A stretch of 64,000 nucleotides of DNA from NCBI GenBank assembly GCA_027923505.1, contig BROI01000006.1, positions 682,001 through 746,000 of the forward strand, in the 5' to 3' direction. The stretch is from Mayamaea pseudoterrestris. Its lineage: Eukaryota. Under the pieces are notes generated by a model, which had not been told where the DNA came from, made no database searches, and was given only the letters and a program-made list of their open reading frames with translations. Position numbers and translations under genes: made by a program. The stretch's first letter is position 1, and every line of letters starts with the position of its first letter. This document shows, piece after piece, positions 11,684-22,679 of this stretch.

Positions 11684-13303
11684 ATGAAGTTGGATCCTAC
11701 AGTCATGCGTTCCATGGACGCCCAGGACTTTCGAGTCTTGGAAGCAATTGAAAAGGGAATGAAGCAGCACTACATTGTTCCGCTCGCCCTCATTAACGTT
11801 TTGGCAAACCTTCGCCATGGAGGCTCCCACAAGATTGTTTCAACGCTGCTGCGCGACAAGTTGATTAGCCATGAGCGAAACAAGAAGCAGAGTACAGATG
11901 GATATAGAATCACAAACGCTGGATATGATATACTGGCGCTGCATCACTTGAAAAAGACCAAGGTTGTCGCCGCACTTGGACAACGCATTGGAACAGGAAA
12001 GGAGTCGGATGTTTACCTTGCGGCCGGTCCAGGAGGAGAGCAGATTGTCCTAAAGATGCACCGTCTCGGAAGAACTTCCTTTCGCAATGTCCGAAAGAAG
12101 CGAGACTACTTTGGAGCGCGCCAACAAAACCAAGCACACTCGTGGCTCTTCATGTCGCGCCTCAGCGCTCTGAAGGAGTATGCCTTTATGAAGGCACTAT
12201 TTGACGTTGACTATCCAACACCAAAGCCAATTGGACATAATCGTCACATTGTAGCCATGAGTCTCGTCCGCGGCGTCCCCTTGTACCAAATATACCCAAA
12301 GCAACTGTCGGCGGATCAAGCGGCGGACATTTACAAGCAAGCCATGTCGCTGGCAAGCAGGCTCTCGCAGCATGGATTGGTGCACTGCGACTTGAACGAG
12401 TTTAACTTGCTGGTGGACTTGTCGGGCATTCAGTCGATTGCAACGGCGTCGGATGATGCTTACGTCAGACATTCTGGACTCACTGTAGCCGATGAGCGAA
12501 CCATTGGCTCACTCAGCAAACCGGCTTGGCAAACATCCTTGGAGGAACAAGATGCCAAGGTTGATGTGACACCTCCCGAACCGTTGGAGCGACTCGATTC
12601 GGGCGAGCCAAAGCCGATTGTGACGCTCATTGATTTTCCGCAAATGTGCTCGACCAAACATCCCAACGCCAAGGAATACTATGAGCGTGATTTGGCATGC
12701 TTGAGAAGGTTCTTTGAGCAAAAGTTGCAATTTCAGATACCTGAGGAGGATGAAGCAGAATTTAAATGGGAGTGTGTCAGTGGCATTATTGACGGAGAGC
12801 TTGATTCGAAGCGATTGGATCAAGAGCTTCGTGCCACTGGCTATTATGAGAGCGGTTTGAATCGAGACTTGGAACTATACTACTTTACGTCTGGACCTCA
12901 AGCAGCTCCGGTAGCTGTCATCGAAGAAGGAACTGAGGACGACGACGAGGAAGAAGACGATGACGATGATGACTCTGACGGGTGCGACGAGGACGAATGT
13001 AGCGACGCAAATGGTGATAGTGCCTCCGTGCCGGACAAGTCTCAGGATGCTTTAAATTTGGTCGAGGACATGCCGGACGACTTTGATAGTCAGAGTGAAG
13101 CTAAGCAGGTGGAGCTTGAATTTGACGATCGAAGCATCATGTCAATGTCAAGGGAGCAAATTCAAGAGCGCGCTCGCATCAGAGTGAGACAACATTTGGA
13201 CAAGCAAAAGCTAGCTGTGCGGCAACAAGGGGCATTTCGAAAGCGCAATTCCAACAAGACGTATATCAAGGGCAAGCGAGTCATGACAGATTTTGGTATA
13301 TAA
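11684..13303 (+). CDS. RIO2: RIO2 atypical kinase (40S ribosome biogenesis)
   Basis: Starts MKLD..DFRVL (winged helix). Contains GYDILAL, IGTGKESDVY, HRLGRTSFR, SRLSALKEYAFMKAL, VHCDLNEFN, IDFPQM and an acidic tail. Confidence 0.95.
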   Translation: MKLDPTVMRSMDAQDFRVLEAIEKGMKQHYIVPLALINVLANLRHGGSHKIVSTLLRDKLISHERNKKQSTDGYRITNAGYDILALHHLKKTKVVAALGQRIGTGKESDVYLAAGPGGEQIVLKMHRLGRTSFRNVRKKRDYFGARQQNQAHSWLFMSRLSALKEYAFMKALFDVDYPTPKPIGHNRHIVAMSLVRGVPLYQIYPKQLSADQAADIYKQAMSLASRLSQHGLVHCDLNEFNLLVDLSGIQSIATASDDAYVRHSGLTVADERTIGSLSKPAWQTSLEEQDAKVDVTPPEPLERLDSGEPKPIVTLIDFPQMCSTKHPNAKEYYERDLACLRRFFEQKLQFQIPEEDEAEFKWECVSGIIDGELDSKRLDQELRATGYYESGLNRDLELYYFTSGPQAAPVAVIEEGTEDDDEEEDDDDDDSDGCDEDECSDANGDSASVPDKSQDALNLVEDMPDDFDSQSEAKQVELEFDDRSIMSMSREQIQERARIRVRQHLDKQKLAVRQQGAFRKRNSNKTYIKGKRVMTDFGI

Positions 13304-13337
13304 AAGGTCTATTCAAATATAATTTCCGCTCTTAAAC

Positions 13338-14559
13338 CTACTTCATATCAAATTCAGTCGCCCATTGCGTCTCGTCGCCTGTAAATACCGCACCATCTGA
13401 ACTTTCATCGTCACTTCCATTAGCTGCTACAGCCTTCTTATGACCTGCATCCAAATCGATGTCCCCAATGCTAATTGCAATCTTTTCAACAGTTTTTGGG
13501 TTTGCCTGTTGCTCGGAGACTGCCGCCACTGCCGCGTCCTGCGCATCAGGATTCGCAGGTGGCTTCTTTGCCAAAAGAGGAACTCCACTTGCGCTTCCAG
13601 GAGCCTTTTTCGGTTTTGCGCCGCTACTAGCTTTGCCCTTGACGTTTACGCGAATGGTTTCGCCTGCGGCCAACTCGGGCACCTTGTACGACGCTAAAGT
13701 AGATGACTCCCGTGTCAAAGATTTCTCATAGTGTTGTATCGCTTCTCGTAAATCAGTTGCCTTGTCTCGGTCTCTGAATTTAAAAACATGTAGAGTCAGC
13801 GACTCATTGAAAGTGATTGAAACACGATGATTATCATAAACTCACCTAAATCCAAAGCCAATCATTGCTTGCTTTCCTGCTTCGCCTTGAATGCGAATGG
13901 CGAAGTATCGACTCGAGTCAACTACTTGCTCCAAAAAGCCTGCGACAACACAAAAGGATTGTTGAGTAGGCACCGAGACATGAGTACGTAACAGTCACCT
14001 CCAACTCGATGATATATTGCGCAATTCTGACATATGCCATGTTTTTAGCAACGTACTCGTCGGAACCTTGCCATCGACAGCCTGCACCTTGGACTGACAA
14101 AAGATTTGGTCGTTGGAGGCAAGAAAATCAAGTTCAAGAAAGTTTCCGCGTCGTTCCACGACAAGACGACAAGTTTGCAGCGGCGAGCCCAAGTTCCAGT
14201 CTTCGGCACTGCATGAAAAAGCAAAATGCGCATTGAGCTTTCAATTATCGTGTGCGACAGAACAAAAATATGTCATCGTTTTCGAACAGCAATCGAACAT
14301 CCTACGATTGATCCATCTACCGTCGCTTACCGATGTCCCCCTGCATCCTTCAATGGTGGAATCTTGTACACATATACTTCGTCTATAGAAAAAATGAAAT
14401 GATGAGAAAAATATGAGCGAGCTACGAGCGAATCATTCTAAAAAGCTAATTAAAACGACGCGAAACATCATGATCATGACCCTTGGTCGCACCTGCCGTC
14501 AGAAATCGCTGCACCAAATTGTCGTTTAAAACATCTGCTTCAACACCTTGCTCTGTCAT
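13338..14559 (-). CDS. NECAP-like adaptin-ear-binding protein (PHear/DUF1681), multi-exon
   Basis: Spliced pieces give VDSSRYFAIRIQGEAGKQAMIGFGF|RDRDKATDLREAIQHY, the NECAP PHear signature. The start codon is inferred at 14559; upstream exon boundaries are approximate. Confidence 0.75.
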
Positions 14560-14870
14560 GATAGAAAGTGTAAAAGCAACGTATGCGTCTTGCTTTGCCG
14601 AGAACACAATCGGTCGTCGGTGTTGTGAAGTAGTTGAGATCGAACGCTTCCGTTTGGGCGCGGTTGCCGCGATCGTTTAGGTACCGCAGCGACAAACACT
14701 ACCCGTGCATAGCATGCCATCGCTTGCCGCATATTATTTTAGCCGCCAAGGCATGTTGTCTCAACTGGCCGCAAATGCGGCGTTGGTATGCATTTCAAAA
14801 TAATAGTATTGTGCGACAGCCTACTGTCAAAATAATCAAATATAATATATATATATACGCCACCACACTC

Positions 14871-16772
14871 TTAAACGTGTCCACAGTTGTCAAGCGCATA
14901 CTGCTTGGCGAGATCCTGCAAGTTCCACTCGTCGCGTAGAAGAAATTCGTTCAAAACATCCATCCCCATGGTTTCCAATGCGACTGTCCGTTCCCGGTGA
15001 CGTTCCTCCGCCGTCGCGGCGCGAGCGACGCGTTCCAACAAGTATCCGTAGATGCGTCGCATCCTATTCAATCGCAGGATCGGTTTCAGCTCCTCACCCC
15101 ACACAAGATGGTGACAGCCGGCTTGCACGACGCGAAAATGTTCCAAGCATCGATGACCAGAATCAATGGCACTCATAATACCCTTTGATTGCGTGGCATT
15201 CATTGGCCCAGAAAACTCATGAGGAACGATAATGTGCACCTTTTTCAATGAGTCGCTGTGACTCACATAGTATGATAGTGCATCGTCGAATGATTTCGTC
15301 CAGTCTCTAATGTGCAGAAACAGGTTTTGCACTTTCCAGTTCGGACCTTCACGAAGGAAATTGACAAGAGAGTCGCTATTTAAAAACCCGTCGTCCTCCT
15401 CTTCCTCACCGACTGTAACCACATCAATCGTCTTGGCGTGCTTCAACCCCACCGCGAAAACGTCCAACAAGTGGCAGCAGTTGGCTGCCGAATGAGCAAT
15501 GTCAAGTGCGGCAAGCTTTGCTTCCGCCAGCGCGCTGCCAAAAATTGCTTCCGCACCGCCCGAAAAGCTTGACCTGGGAACCGTGAGAGACTTGACACTA
15601 GAGCGCGCCCACGCGGATCCAACAATCTCCGCGACGCGCTGCGTGCGAAAGTCAAAGTTATCCAAGAACAGCGACTTTAAGCTCTGGGCTTCTATAATGT
15701 TACGGAGAATGATTGCCGACTGCGGACTATCAATGACTAAAGGCGGAGAAGTGGGCGTAGCCCGCGCGCGAAGGTGACAAGCCTCTAATTGAGCCAAGCT
15801 CGTAGCGACCGGACCCAAGATACGGAAGGCGTCTTTTCGAAAATTCGACAGCCAGAAACGTTTCAACGTGGGATGATTGATAAGGCTCGTCTTCAATGCA
15901 GCGAGTTGTTCCGCACTCGCCTCGCTCGAAACATCAATCATTGCCGTTTGCAAGTGCGAACGACACTTGGCAATGAGAGCGGCAACTGCAGAGATGCTGG
16001 CAGCATCATTGCTGATAGAGACTAGTTTTGTCAGCGAAGAAATTGTGTCGAGCGTTTCGCCAATCTTCATGGCTGATGACGCTAGTGCAGCCGACACGAT
16101 CTCCATGTTAATACCCGCTAGATCCGTCGCCATGAGCTGTACATCGCCCCAATCGAGATCGACGCATTCCAAGGGAGGACTATGCTGAGATAATGCTTGA
16201 AGGAAGCGCTCCTGCAGCTCTGGGTTGAGAAACAAGTCCGCCAATACACCACCCCGAATGGAGATTCGACTCGCTCCATTTGAGCCGCGTTCCAGTAGCC
16301 GAATGTCAGCTAAATAGTCTACATTGACCCGAGCGGGCCAAACGCGTAAATCTTGTCCAATTTCCAAGTCGGCTATTTCAGGTTCTTCTTCTTCCTCCTC
16401 ATCTTCTTCATTGGCGTCATCGTCACCTTGTCGATCATCTTCATTCGCACGCTGACGAATCTCACGCAGAAATTGCTGCACTCGATTGTCCAAAGCACTT
16501 TCAACATTAGCAATGACAGCCGCGATGTTATAATCATGCATTCTTTGCTGTTCTGCCAAAGCTGATTCAAGAATACGGATGCGAATCATGCGTTGGGCCG
16601 CCGCCGCCGCCTCCTCCTCATTCTCCAAGTCATTCATGTTTCCGTCTCGGCGGACGGCGTTACTCACGCCTGCAGGCGCTTCAGCATTCGCATCATTCGC
16701 CTCACTGACGCCTGAAGCTTCGTTAGAGCTCATGTTTCGTGGTATAATGGTTGCAGTCCTTGTCTGTTTCAC
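14871..16772 (-). CDS. Hypothetical protein, RNI/LRR-like diatom family
   Basis: 633-aa ORF with an acidic N-terminus, Leu-rich segments (HPTLKRFWLSNF, SLKSLFLDNFDF) and a C-terminal ILRLNRMRR. The true start may be the downstream ATG near 16733. Confidence 0.6.
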   Translation of the reverse strand: MKQTRTATIIPRNMSSNEASGVSEANDANAEAPAGVSNAVRRDGNMNDLENEEEAAAAAQRMIRIRILESALAEQQRMHDYNIAAVIANVESALDNRVQQFLREIRQRANEDDRQGDDDANEEDEEEEEEPEIADLEIGQDLRVWPARVNVDYLADIRLLERGSNGASRISIRGGVLADLFLNPELQERFLQALSQHSPPLECVDLDWGDVQLMATDLAGINMEIVSAALASSAMKIGETLDTISSLTKLVSISNDAASISAVAALIAKCRSHLQTAMIDVSSEASAEQLAALKTSLINHPTLKRFWLSNFRKDAFRILGPVATSLAQLEACHLRARATPTSPPLVIDSPQSAIILRNIIEAQSLKSLFLDNFDFRTQRVAEIVGSAWARSSVKSLTVPRSSFSGGAEAIFGSALAEAKLAALDIAHSAANCCHLLDVFAVGLKHAKTIDVVTVGEEEEDDGFLNSDSLVNFLREGPNWKVQNLFLHIRDWTKSFDDALSYYVSHSDSLKKVHIIVPHEFSGPMNATQSKGIMSAIDSGHRCLEHFRVVQAGCHHLVWGEELKPILRLNRMRRIYGYLLERVARAATAEERHRERTVALETMGMDVLNEFLLRDEWNLQDLAKQYALDNCGHV

Positions 16773-16948
16773 TTGATCGCTTTGTTCTTGGAGTGAGCAA
16801 GCAAGATCTTTTCCGGCGCAATAGATTGCAACGAAGCATTCGAGTACCAGTACCGGTACGACTACGTCGAGCCAATCGTACGAAGCTCTGTTACCGCTGC
16901 GACACCTTGGTACATTCCGACTTCCATTTTTGTCTCACATTATCCACC

Positions 16949-18502
16949 ATGGCTTCACAGATGCAACGCTTACAACCAAGGGGCATGATACTCTCTCTCT
17001 TGCTGTTACTACTATCGCCATCGCAGGCGTTTCTGGTGTCACCAATTCGATCACTGTCATTTTATTCTCCTAGATGCGTCAACGCACTACGCGCACCATC
17101 GTCTCCTTCCGACGATGATGTCACACTCAATCATGACGAAATTGCTCGTTACTCTCGCCATTTAGTTTTGAGCGACGTTGGCATGGCAGGTCAGCTAGCG
17201 TTGAAACGCTCCAGCGTCTTGGTGATTGGGGCCGGAGGCTTGGGATCGCCCTGCTTGCTCTACTTGGCAGCGGCTGGCGTTGGACACATTGGCATTGTCG
17301 ACGCCGACACTGTCGACGCGTCGAATCTGCAGCGGCAAATTATTCATGCCACAAGCACTGTTGGCGTATCAAAGTGCGAGTCTGCAGCAATACGCATGAA
17401 TGATTTGAATCCAAATGTTAACGTTCGAGTTTACGAGCAAGAATTTACTTCGGAGACAGCAATGGATATACTTGGCCAAGGCTTTGCGGAAGGTCAGCCG
17501 TACGATATTGTCATTGACGGAAGCGACAACTTTCCGACAAAGTATCTTATCAAGTGAGTACTACTGAATCTGCATTCAATGCTTGCAGTTTCGACGAGCC
17601 ATTTCTCGTGAAATGTATCTGAATCGGAAATCCTCTCAATTGCTGTTTTCTCCCCAACTATTTTTCACTCGTCTAGTGACGTCTGCTCCATGGTCGGTGT
17701 TCCATGGATCTATTCAGCCATTTTAGCATTCGAAGGACAGCTTTCCGTCTTTAATGTGGACGCCAACAGCCCCGACTATCGCGACTTGCTACCAGTGCCT
17801 CCTCCACCCGGCGACGTGCCCAGTTGCGCCGAAGGAGGTGTTTTGGGAGTCTTGCCAGGAACCATGGGATGTCTACAAGCCACCGAAGCACTCAAATACT
17901 TGTTGGGACGACGAGAGGGGCTTTTGGTTGGTCGCGTGCTTGTATTCGATGCGTTACAAATGAAATTTACGCAGATTGGGCTGCAGAAAACACCGGGGCG
18001 TGAGCCGATTGCAAGTCTCATTGACTATCAAGGATTCTGCGGTGGTCCAAAGCCATTAAAACAATCAGCAGTGGATGGTAACAATGAGCCAGTTGCAACA
18101 ACGGAAGCTCAAGTGAAACGGACTATGGATGAGGCGGAAGTGGTGACTGCAGATTCGGCTCATGGTAGCGAGGCACCCTCTTTTCACTCCATTCCACCTC
18201 CGGAATGTTTAGATAGGCTTTCAAGTGGATGGGCTCCCTACGTCCTGGATGTACGGCTCGAGACGGAACATGACATTGTGGCATTGCCATTTACGGATCG
18301 CGTCGTTCCGCATAGGCAGGTGCAAGTATCGCACATTCCGACAGACGGCGACGTACTCGTATACTGCAAGGCTGGAGTTAGAGGCAAGAAAGCATGTCAG
18401 GCCTTGGTGAAAAGTGGTGTTGCACCAGATCGCTTGTACAATTTAGAAGGAGGCATTATGCAGTGGCAAAAAGAAGTGGACACAAGCATGCCACGCTACT
18501 GA
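16949..18502 (+). CDS. MoeB/ThiF adenylyltransferase fused to rhodanese (MoeZ type) with plastid presequence; intron 17554-17676
   Basis: Contains RYSRHL, VIGAGGLGSP, SNLQRQI, DGSDNFPTKYLI|NDVC, SCAEGGVLGVLPG, LIDYQGFCG and rhodanese loop CKAGVR. The GT-AG intron restores the frame. The signal peptide ends at SQA-FLV. Confidence 0.92.
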
Positions 18503-18810
18503 TGTGATGACGGACTGCGTTCACTGTCAATGCCAAGAACTTTGGGTCCAGCGCACCTCTGGAAAGGCTGATGCATGTGCGATTACTCAGACAAATTACT
18601 CTTTGTTAAAGACGCCTGTGCATAATTCGCTGAGCTTGTAGATAAGTGCAATCGCGATCGCAAAAGGCCATTAGTATTATGCAAGAAAGTCAATGATTTA
18701 GTTGTTACAATATCATAAGAGGCTACGGCAATCCCATGTCAACCCGAGACAACAATGCCTCTGCGAAGTACACAGCGCATAGTAGTAGAGTGCTAAAATT
18801 TCTATCACGT

Positions 18811-19974
18811 TCACCGTTTGCCTCGGACTCGCCGCACTATCCGAGTCCACCAGGATTTTTTGGCAAAAGTCACTGGCGGTTCTTGTTGTAGCTGTCGCGG
18901 TATTACAACCCGATACGCTGTCTCGTTGACTGCAGCATCCTGTTGACTAGTTTCGCGCGCTTGTCGCTTCCAGCGAGACAGCTCGGCCGAGTGTGTGAGC
19001 CGCATTGACCGTATTTGTTCATTTAATCGACCAATCTCTTGCCGCATCGACTCGATTTGCTTCATGTCGACTGAATCATTGTCACTGCCAGCATCTCCCT
19101 TCATTTGCAGCAACTCTTCGTTGGCAAGCGTCAGTCGCTCACACTCGGCGCGCACGCCATCCAACTCGCGTCGCATTGCTCGCTCCCTCGCATCGGCCGC
19201 TTGAACGGCCGCCACGGCAATCTGCACTTGCTCTTGAGCAGCTTGGTCGCGTTGCGTTCGTTCGTCCAACGCCAGCACCAACTCTCGCTGCAGCCGCGTC
19301 AGTTGCGTTTGCAGCTTGCGCTCGCGTAGTTGCACGTCCGACTTGTCAATGCTTGACTGCTTGTTCAACAGCAACAGTTTCGACTGCGTTTCCTCCAAGC
19401 GTTGATCCAAATCCAAGAGTTCCGACTGTAGTGCCTTGATCTTGTGATCCTTTTGAATGCTTTTGTCAACGAGAGAGTTCTTATCGCGACGCAATTGTGC
19501 AACTTCAGCTTGAAGAACTGTCACAGTTTCCTCCATGGCAGTCATGTTCCTTCGTAGCTCCGTTTCGCTCTCTCGTCGTTGCATTTGCTCCTTTTGTAAC
19601 TCTGCTGCAGTCTTGTTCTTTTCGTTGACTAATTGCTGCGTCACATTTTGCAACACCATGAGTTTGGATTGCGCCAGAGAAAGTTGCCCAAGCTTTTCCT
19701 GCACCACATGCTGCAGCAGCAGGGCTCGGTTCTTGTATCGCTCCAATAGAGATTCTTGTTGTTCTTGTATTTTTGATTCTGTTTCATCATGCAGTGTGTC
19801 TGCTGCTAGGGATGTGTCGTCGTCTTGAGGTGTCATACAGCAAAGTGTTTGCTGCTCGTTCCATAATCTGCTTCTGACCATTAATTGTGAGGTTGGGATG
19901 CGTATTATAAATGCGGAACATGATTCAAAACAACATATCAAAGTCAATGTGAAAAGACTTCGTTTCGTAATCAT
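18811..19974 (-). CDS. Coiled-coil protein with a bipartite plastid presequence
   Basis: 387-aa heptad-rich ORF; the signal peptide ends at CSA-FII (ASAF-type motif). Confidence 0.7.
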   Translation of the reverse strand: MITKRSLFTLTLICCFESCSAFIIRIPTSQLMVRSRLWNEQQTLCCMTPQDDDTSLAADTLHDETESKIQEQQESLLERYKNRALLLQHVVQEKLGQLSLAQSKLMVLQNVTQQLVNEKNKTAAELQKEQMQRRESETELRRNMTAMEETVTVLQAEVAQLRRDKNSLVDKSIQKDHKIKALQSELLDLDQRLEETQSKLLLLNKQSSIDKSDVQLRERKLQTQLTRLQRELVLALDERTQRDQAAQEQVQIAVAAVQAADARERAMRRELDGVRAECERLTLANEELLQMKGDAGSDNDSVDMKQIESMRQEIGRLNEQIRSMRLTHSAELSRWKRQARETSQQDAAVNETAYRVVIPRQLQQEPPVTFAKKSWWTRIVRRVRGKR

Positions 19975-20041
19975 AGTTTTCGTAGGTAAAAAAGTGGAAG
20001 CAAAGTCGACACGACAACATGGAAGACAAAAATATTGGCAC

Positions 20042-20115
20042 AGCTTCCTGCAGGATTCGAACCAGCGACCTCCTCATTACTAATGAGGTGCTCTAACCAA
20101 CTGAGCCAAGGAAGC
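20042..20115 (-). tRNA. tRNA-Thr (anticodon AGU)
   Basis: The reverse complement folds as a cloverleaf: GCTTCCT acceptor stem, GCTC/GAGC D-arm, CCTCA-TT-AGT-AA-TGAGG anticodon arm and GCTGG-TTCGAAT-CCTGC T-arm (one T:T mismatch). Confidence 0.93.
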
Positions 20116-20293
20116 GGCTGTGCCGAAAGGTGAGGTCCGTGGATATGAAAAGGCAAACAGTGGTCATATCGTAACGGTTCTGGATTTTGCGCGACAGCCG
20201 TCCAAATCGAGCGACATTCATCAACGCTTGCTTCTGTGGGATCATTCTCCACATTTCCTAGTGATCGTTATATATTCTTATAATTAAAAGAAG

Positions 20294-21592
20294 ATGGTAT
20301 GAACAAAAGTAGTCCAATTGCAGCGAATTCAACGAGACGTTGAAAGTTTTCCCGCCTCTCGTACATTAAAATTTCTCACTTCGTTCCATTCACTTTCTTG
20401 CTTCGTTATGATACACACAGCGCCCCTACCTTTTGCAGGGACACGAGCGTCCCATTACCACTGTGAAATTCAACTACGACGGCGACTTGTTGTTCACCGC
20501 CTCCAAGGACTTGGTGCCTTCCGTCTGGCGCACCGAGACGGGCGACCGCCTCGGCACCTTTGCCGGCCACAAGGGTACCGTCTGGGACTTGGACTGCGAC
20601 CGGTTCACGCGCCGCCTTCTGACCGCGTCGGCGGATGCCTCGTGCAAACTATGGAGCTGCGAAACGGGAGAGTGCTTGGCAACCTTTGTGCACAAGGGAC
20701 CTGTGCGAGGAGTGGTGTGGGCGGAAGGGTCCAACATGTTTGCGACGATTAGTGACCACTTTGTGCAGCATGAGCCAAAGATTTGTGTCTATGACTGTCC
20801 ATTGAATGCAAACGCAGCAGATATCGACTTGGTGCCGCGACTCGAAGTCGACTTGCCCAAGGTTGGTGGCAAGCGCGTCAGTCCAACCAACATTCAGTGG
20901 TCGGCCTTCAACGAGTCGCTCGTTGTGGCGTTTGACAATGGGCAGATTCGATTGTATGACCCCGAGTCGGGTGACGTTACCTTTGAATTCGAGGCGCACG
21001 AGAAGAAGATTAACCGCATGCGATTCAACCGCGACAAGACTCTGCTGATAACGTCAAGCGCCGACTTTACCTCTAAGCTCTTTGATCCTTTTGATGAATA
21101 CCATCATTTGAAGACGTACAAGACTGATCGTCCTGTCAATGATGCCGTCATCAGCGACCATAAGGATCATGTGCTGCTGGGAGGAGGACAGGAAGCAATG
21201 AGTGTGACAACGACCGCGGGTAAAGTGGGAAAGTTTGAGACACGCTTCTTTCAGCTCGTATACGAGGAAGAGTTTGGCGTTGTCAAAGGTCATTTTGGTC
21301 CAATCAATGCGTGTAAGTTTTCTAATTGAGTGCGTGGACGAGATGCATCGTTTACCTATTCTTGGCTGAGCAATATACTCACACGTTTCACGCGGTTTAT
21401 ACCATGTCTCCTTTCGCAGTGGACATTAACCCAAACGGCCGTAGCTACGCCAGTGGAGCCGAGGATGGATATGTGCGTCTGCATCACTTTGACAAGGACT
21501 ATTTGGACATGAAGGATCCTGTTCCGGAGGAGGATGAGGTGGATGAAGATGACGACGAAGAAGATGCTGACGAGAGAAGCCTTGTTGTATAA
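20294..21592 (+). CDS. TIF34: Translation initiation factor eIF3 subunit i (WD40); introns 20297-20420 and 21313-21419
   Basis: Spliced product reads [39 protein letters not shown] and [26 protein letters not shown]. Confidence 0.95.
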
Positions 21593-21944
21593 AATATCAC
21601 AGTATATAACTACAATACTCCAGCTATATGCTATGTCTACTCTAGTATGTAAGTTTGTACTATGTCGATAATGACAAAAGCAGAGAACAGGCTACGTACG
21701 GCGTGCACACTTCATGCAGAAAAAGGAGGCATAGCTGCTACCAATATCTTCTTGTCACGTCTACGATTCTGAGCTACAGTACTTGTAGACTATCGGTTGG
21801 AATCTTAACTAAAAAGTGGTAAAAATGGTCTAAAGTAGTTCAAAAGAATGCATAAAAAGGTTGCAAAATCGAGTCGCGCTCCTCTAAAATCAGGGGCACT
21901 GACTCTGACTGACTAGTACATGGCGCACATCGCGCATGTACTCA

Positions 21945-22679
21945 TCATTTAATCAAATTGCGCTTGGCTTTGCGACAAGCCGACTCGACAAAGTCTTCCA
22001 CCATTGACACGGAAAGCAAGGCCTTGGTCATGTTGCGCTGTCGCTTGATTTGGTTCACCTTGCGCTCACCCGCGTCAATCTCCGCTTCCGTATAGCCCCA
22101 TCGGTGCTGCAGAAGGTTGCGGCGATTGTAGTAGTTGAGCATCATTTCGCGGGCCGTCCGACGGCGGGTAATGCAGGATTCGTAGTCGTCAATCGAGAGC
22201 GAGTGAACGTCCTCGTAGTCCCAGTCAAGCTGAATGGGCGTGCCAATGGAGACGGAAGGATTGTCGCCAATCGTTTGCGCGTAGTTTCGAATCAAAATCT
22301 TGTCAAACGAGACGGAATGTTGAGGCTTTGACGCAGTCGGACTTGAATGCGACGAGGCTATAAGTGTTTCATCTGCGTTAGTTCTACTTGTTGGTTCTGG
22401 TGCTGGAAGCACCTTCCAGAACTTGGTTCGAATCGGAATCGATGCAGGACAGTAGGGACGTAGGCAGGAGCGACGTTGCGTCTCGTCACAAGAGGAGTCG
22501 TCGGTACAAGACTCGTCCTCGCTAATGGGAGCTGTACAATCGGAAGATTCAACGTGGGTCATTATTTGATGCTGCGTCTTGTTGCTTCCGATACTTTCGA
22601 AAAGGTCCTTTGGCACCATGACAAATGGCTGAGACTCGGTTACAGCAGGAAGAGAAACCGCCGCTATCTTTACCGTCAT
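21945..22679 (-). CDS. Conserved diatom hypothetical protein (VxF..IRxY..GDNPSVSxGxP..LDWxY family)
   Basis: 244-aa ORF with the motif VSFDKILIRNYAQTIGDNPSVSIGTPIQLDWDY and a C-terminal QRNMT. Confidence 0.7.
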   Translation of the reverse strand: MTVKIAAVSLPAVTESQPFVMVPKDLFESIGSNKTQHQIMTHVESSDCTAPISEDESCTDDSSCDETQRRSCLRPYCPASIPIRTKFWKVLPAPEPTSRTNADETLIASSHSSPTASKPQHSVSFDKILIRNYAQTIGDNPSVSIGTPIQLDWDYEDVHSLSIDDYESCITRRRTAREMMLNYYNRRNLLQHRWGYTEAEIDAGERKVNQIKRQRNMTKALLSVSMVEDFVESACRKAKRNLIK

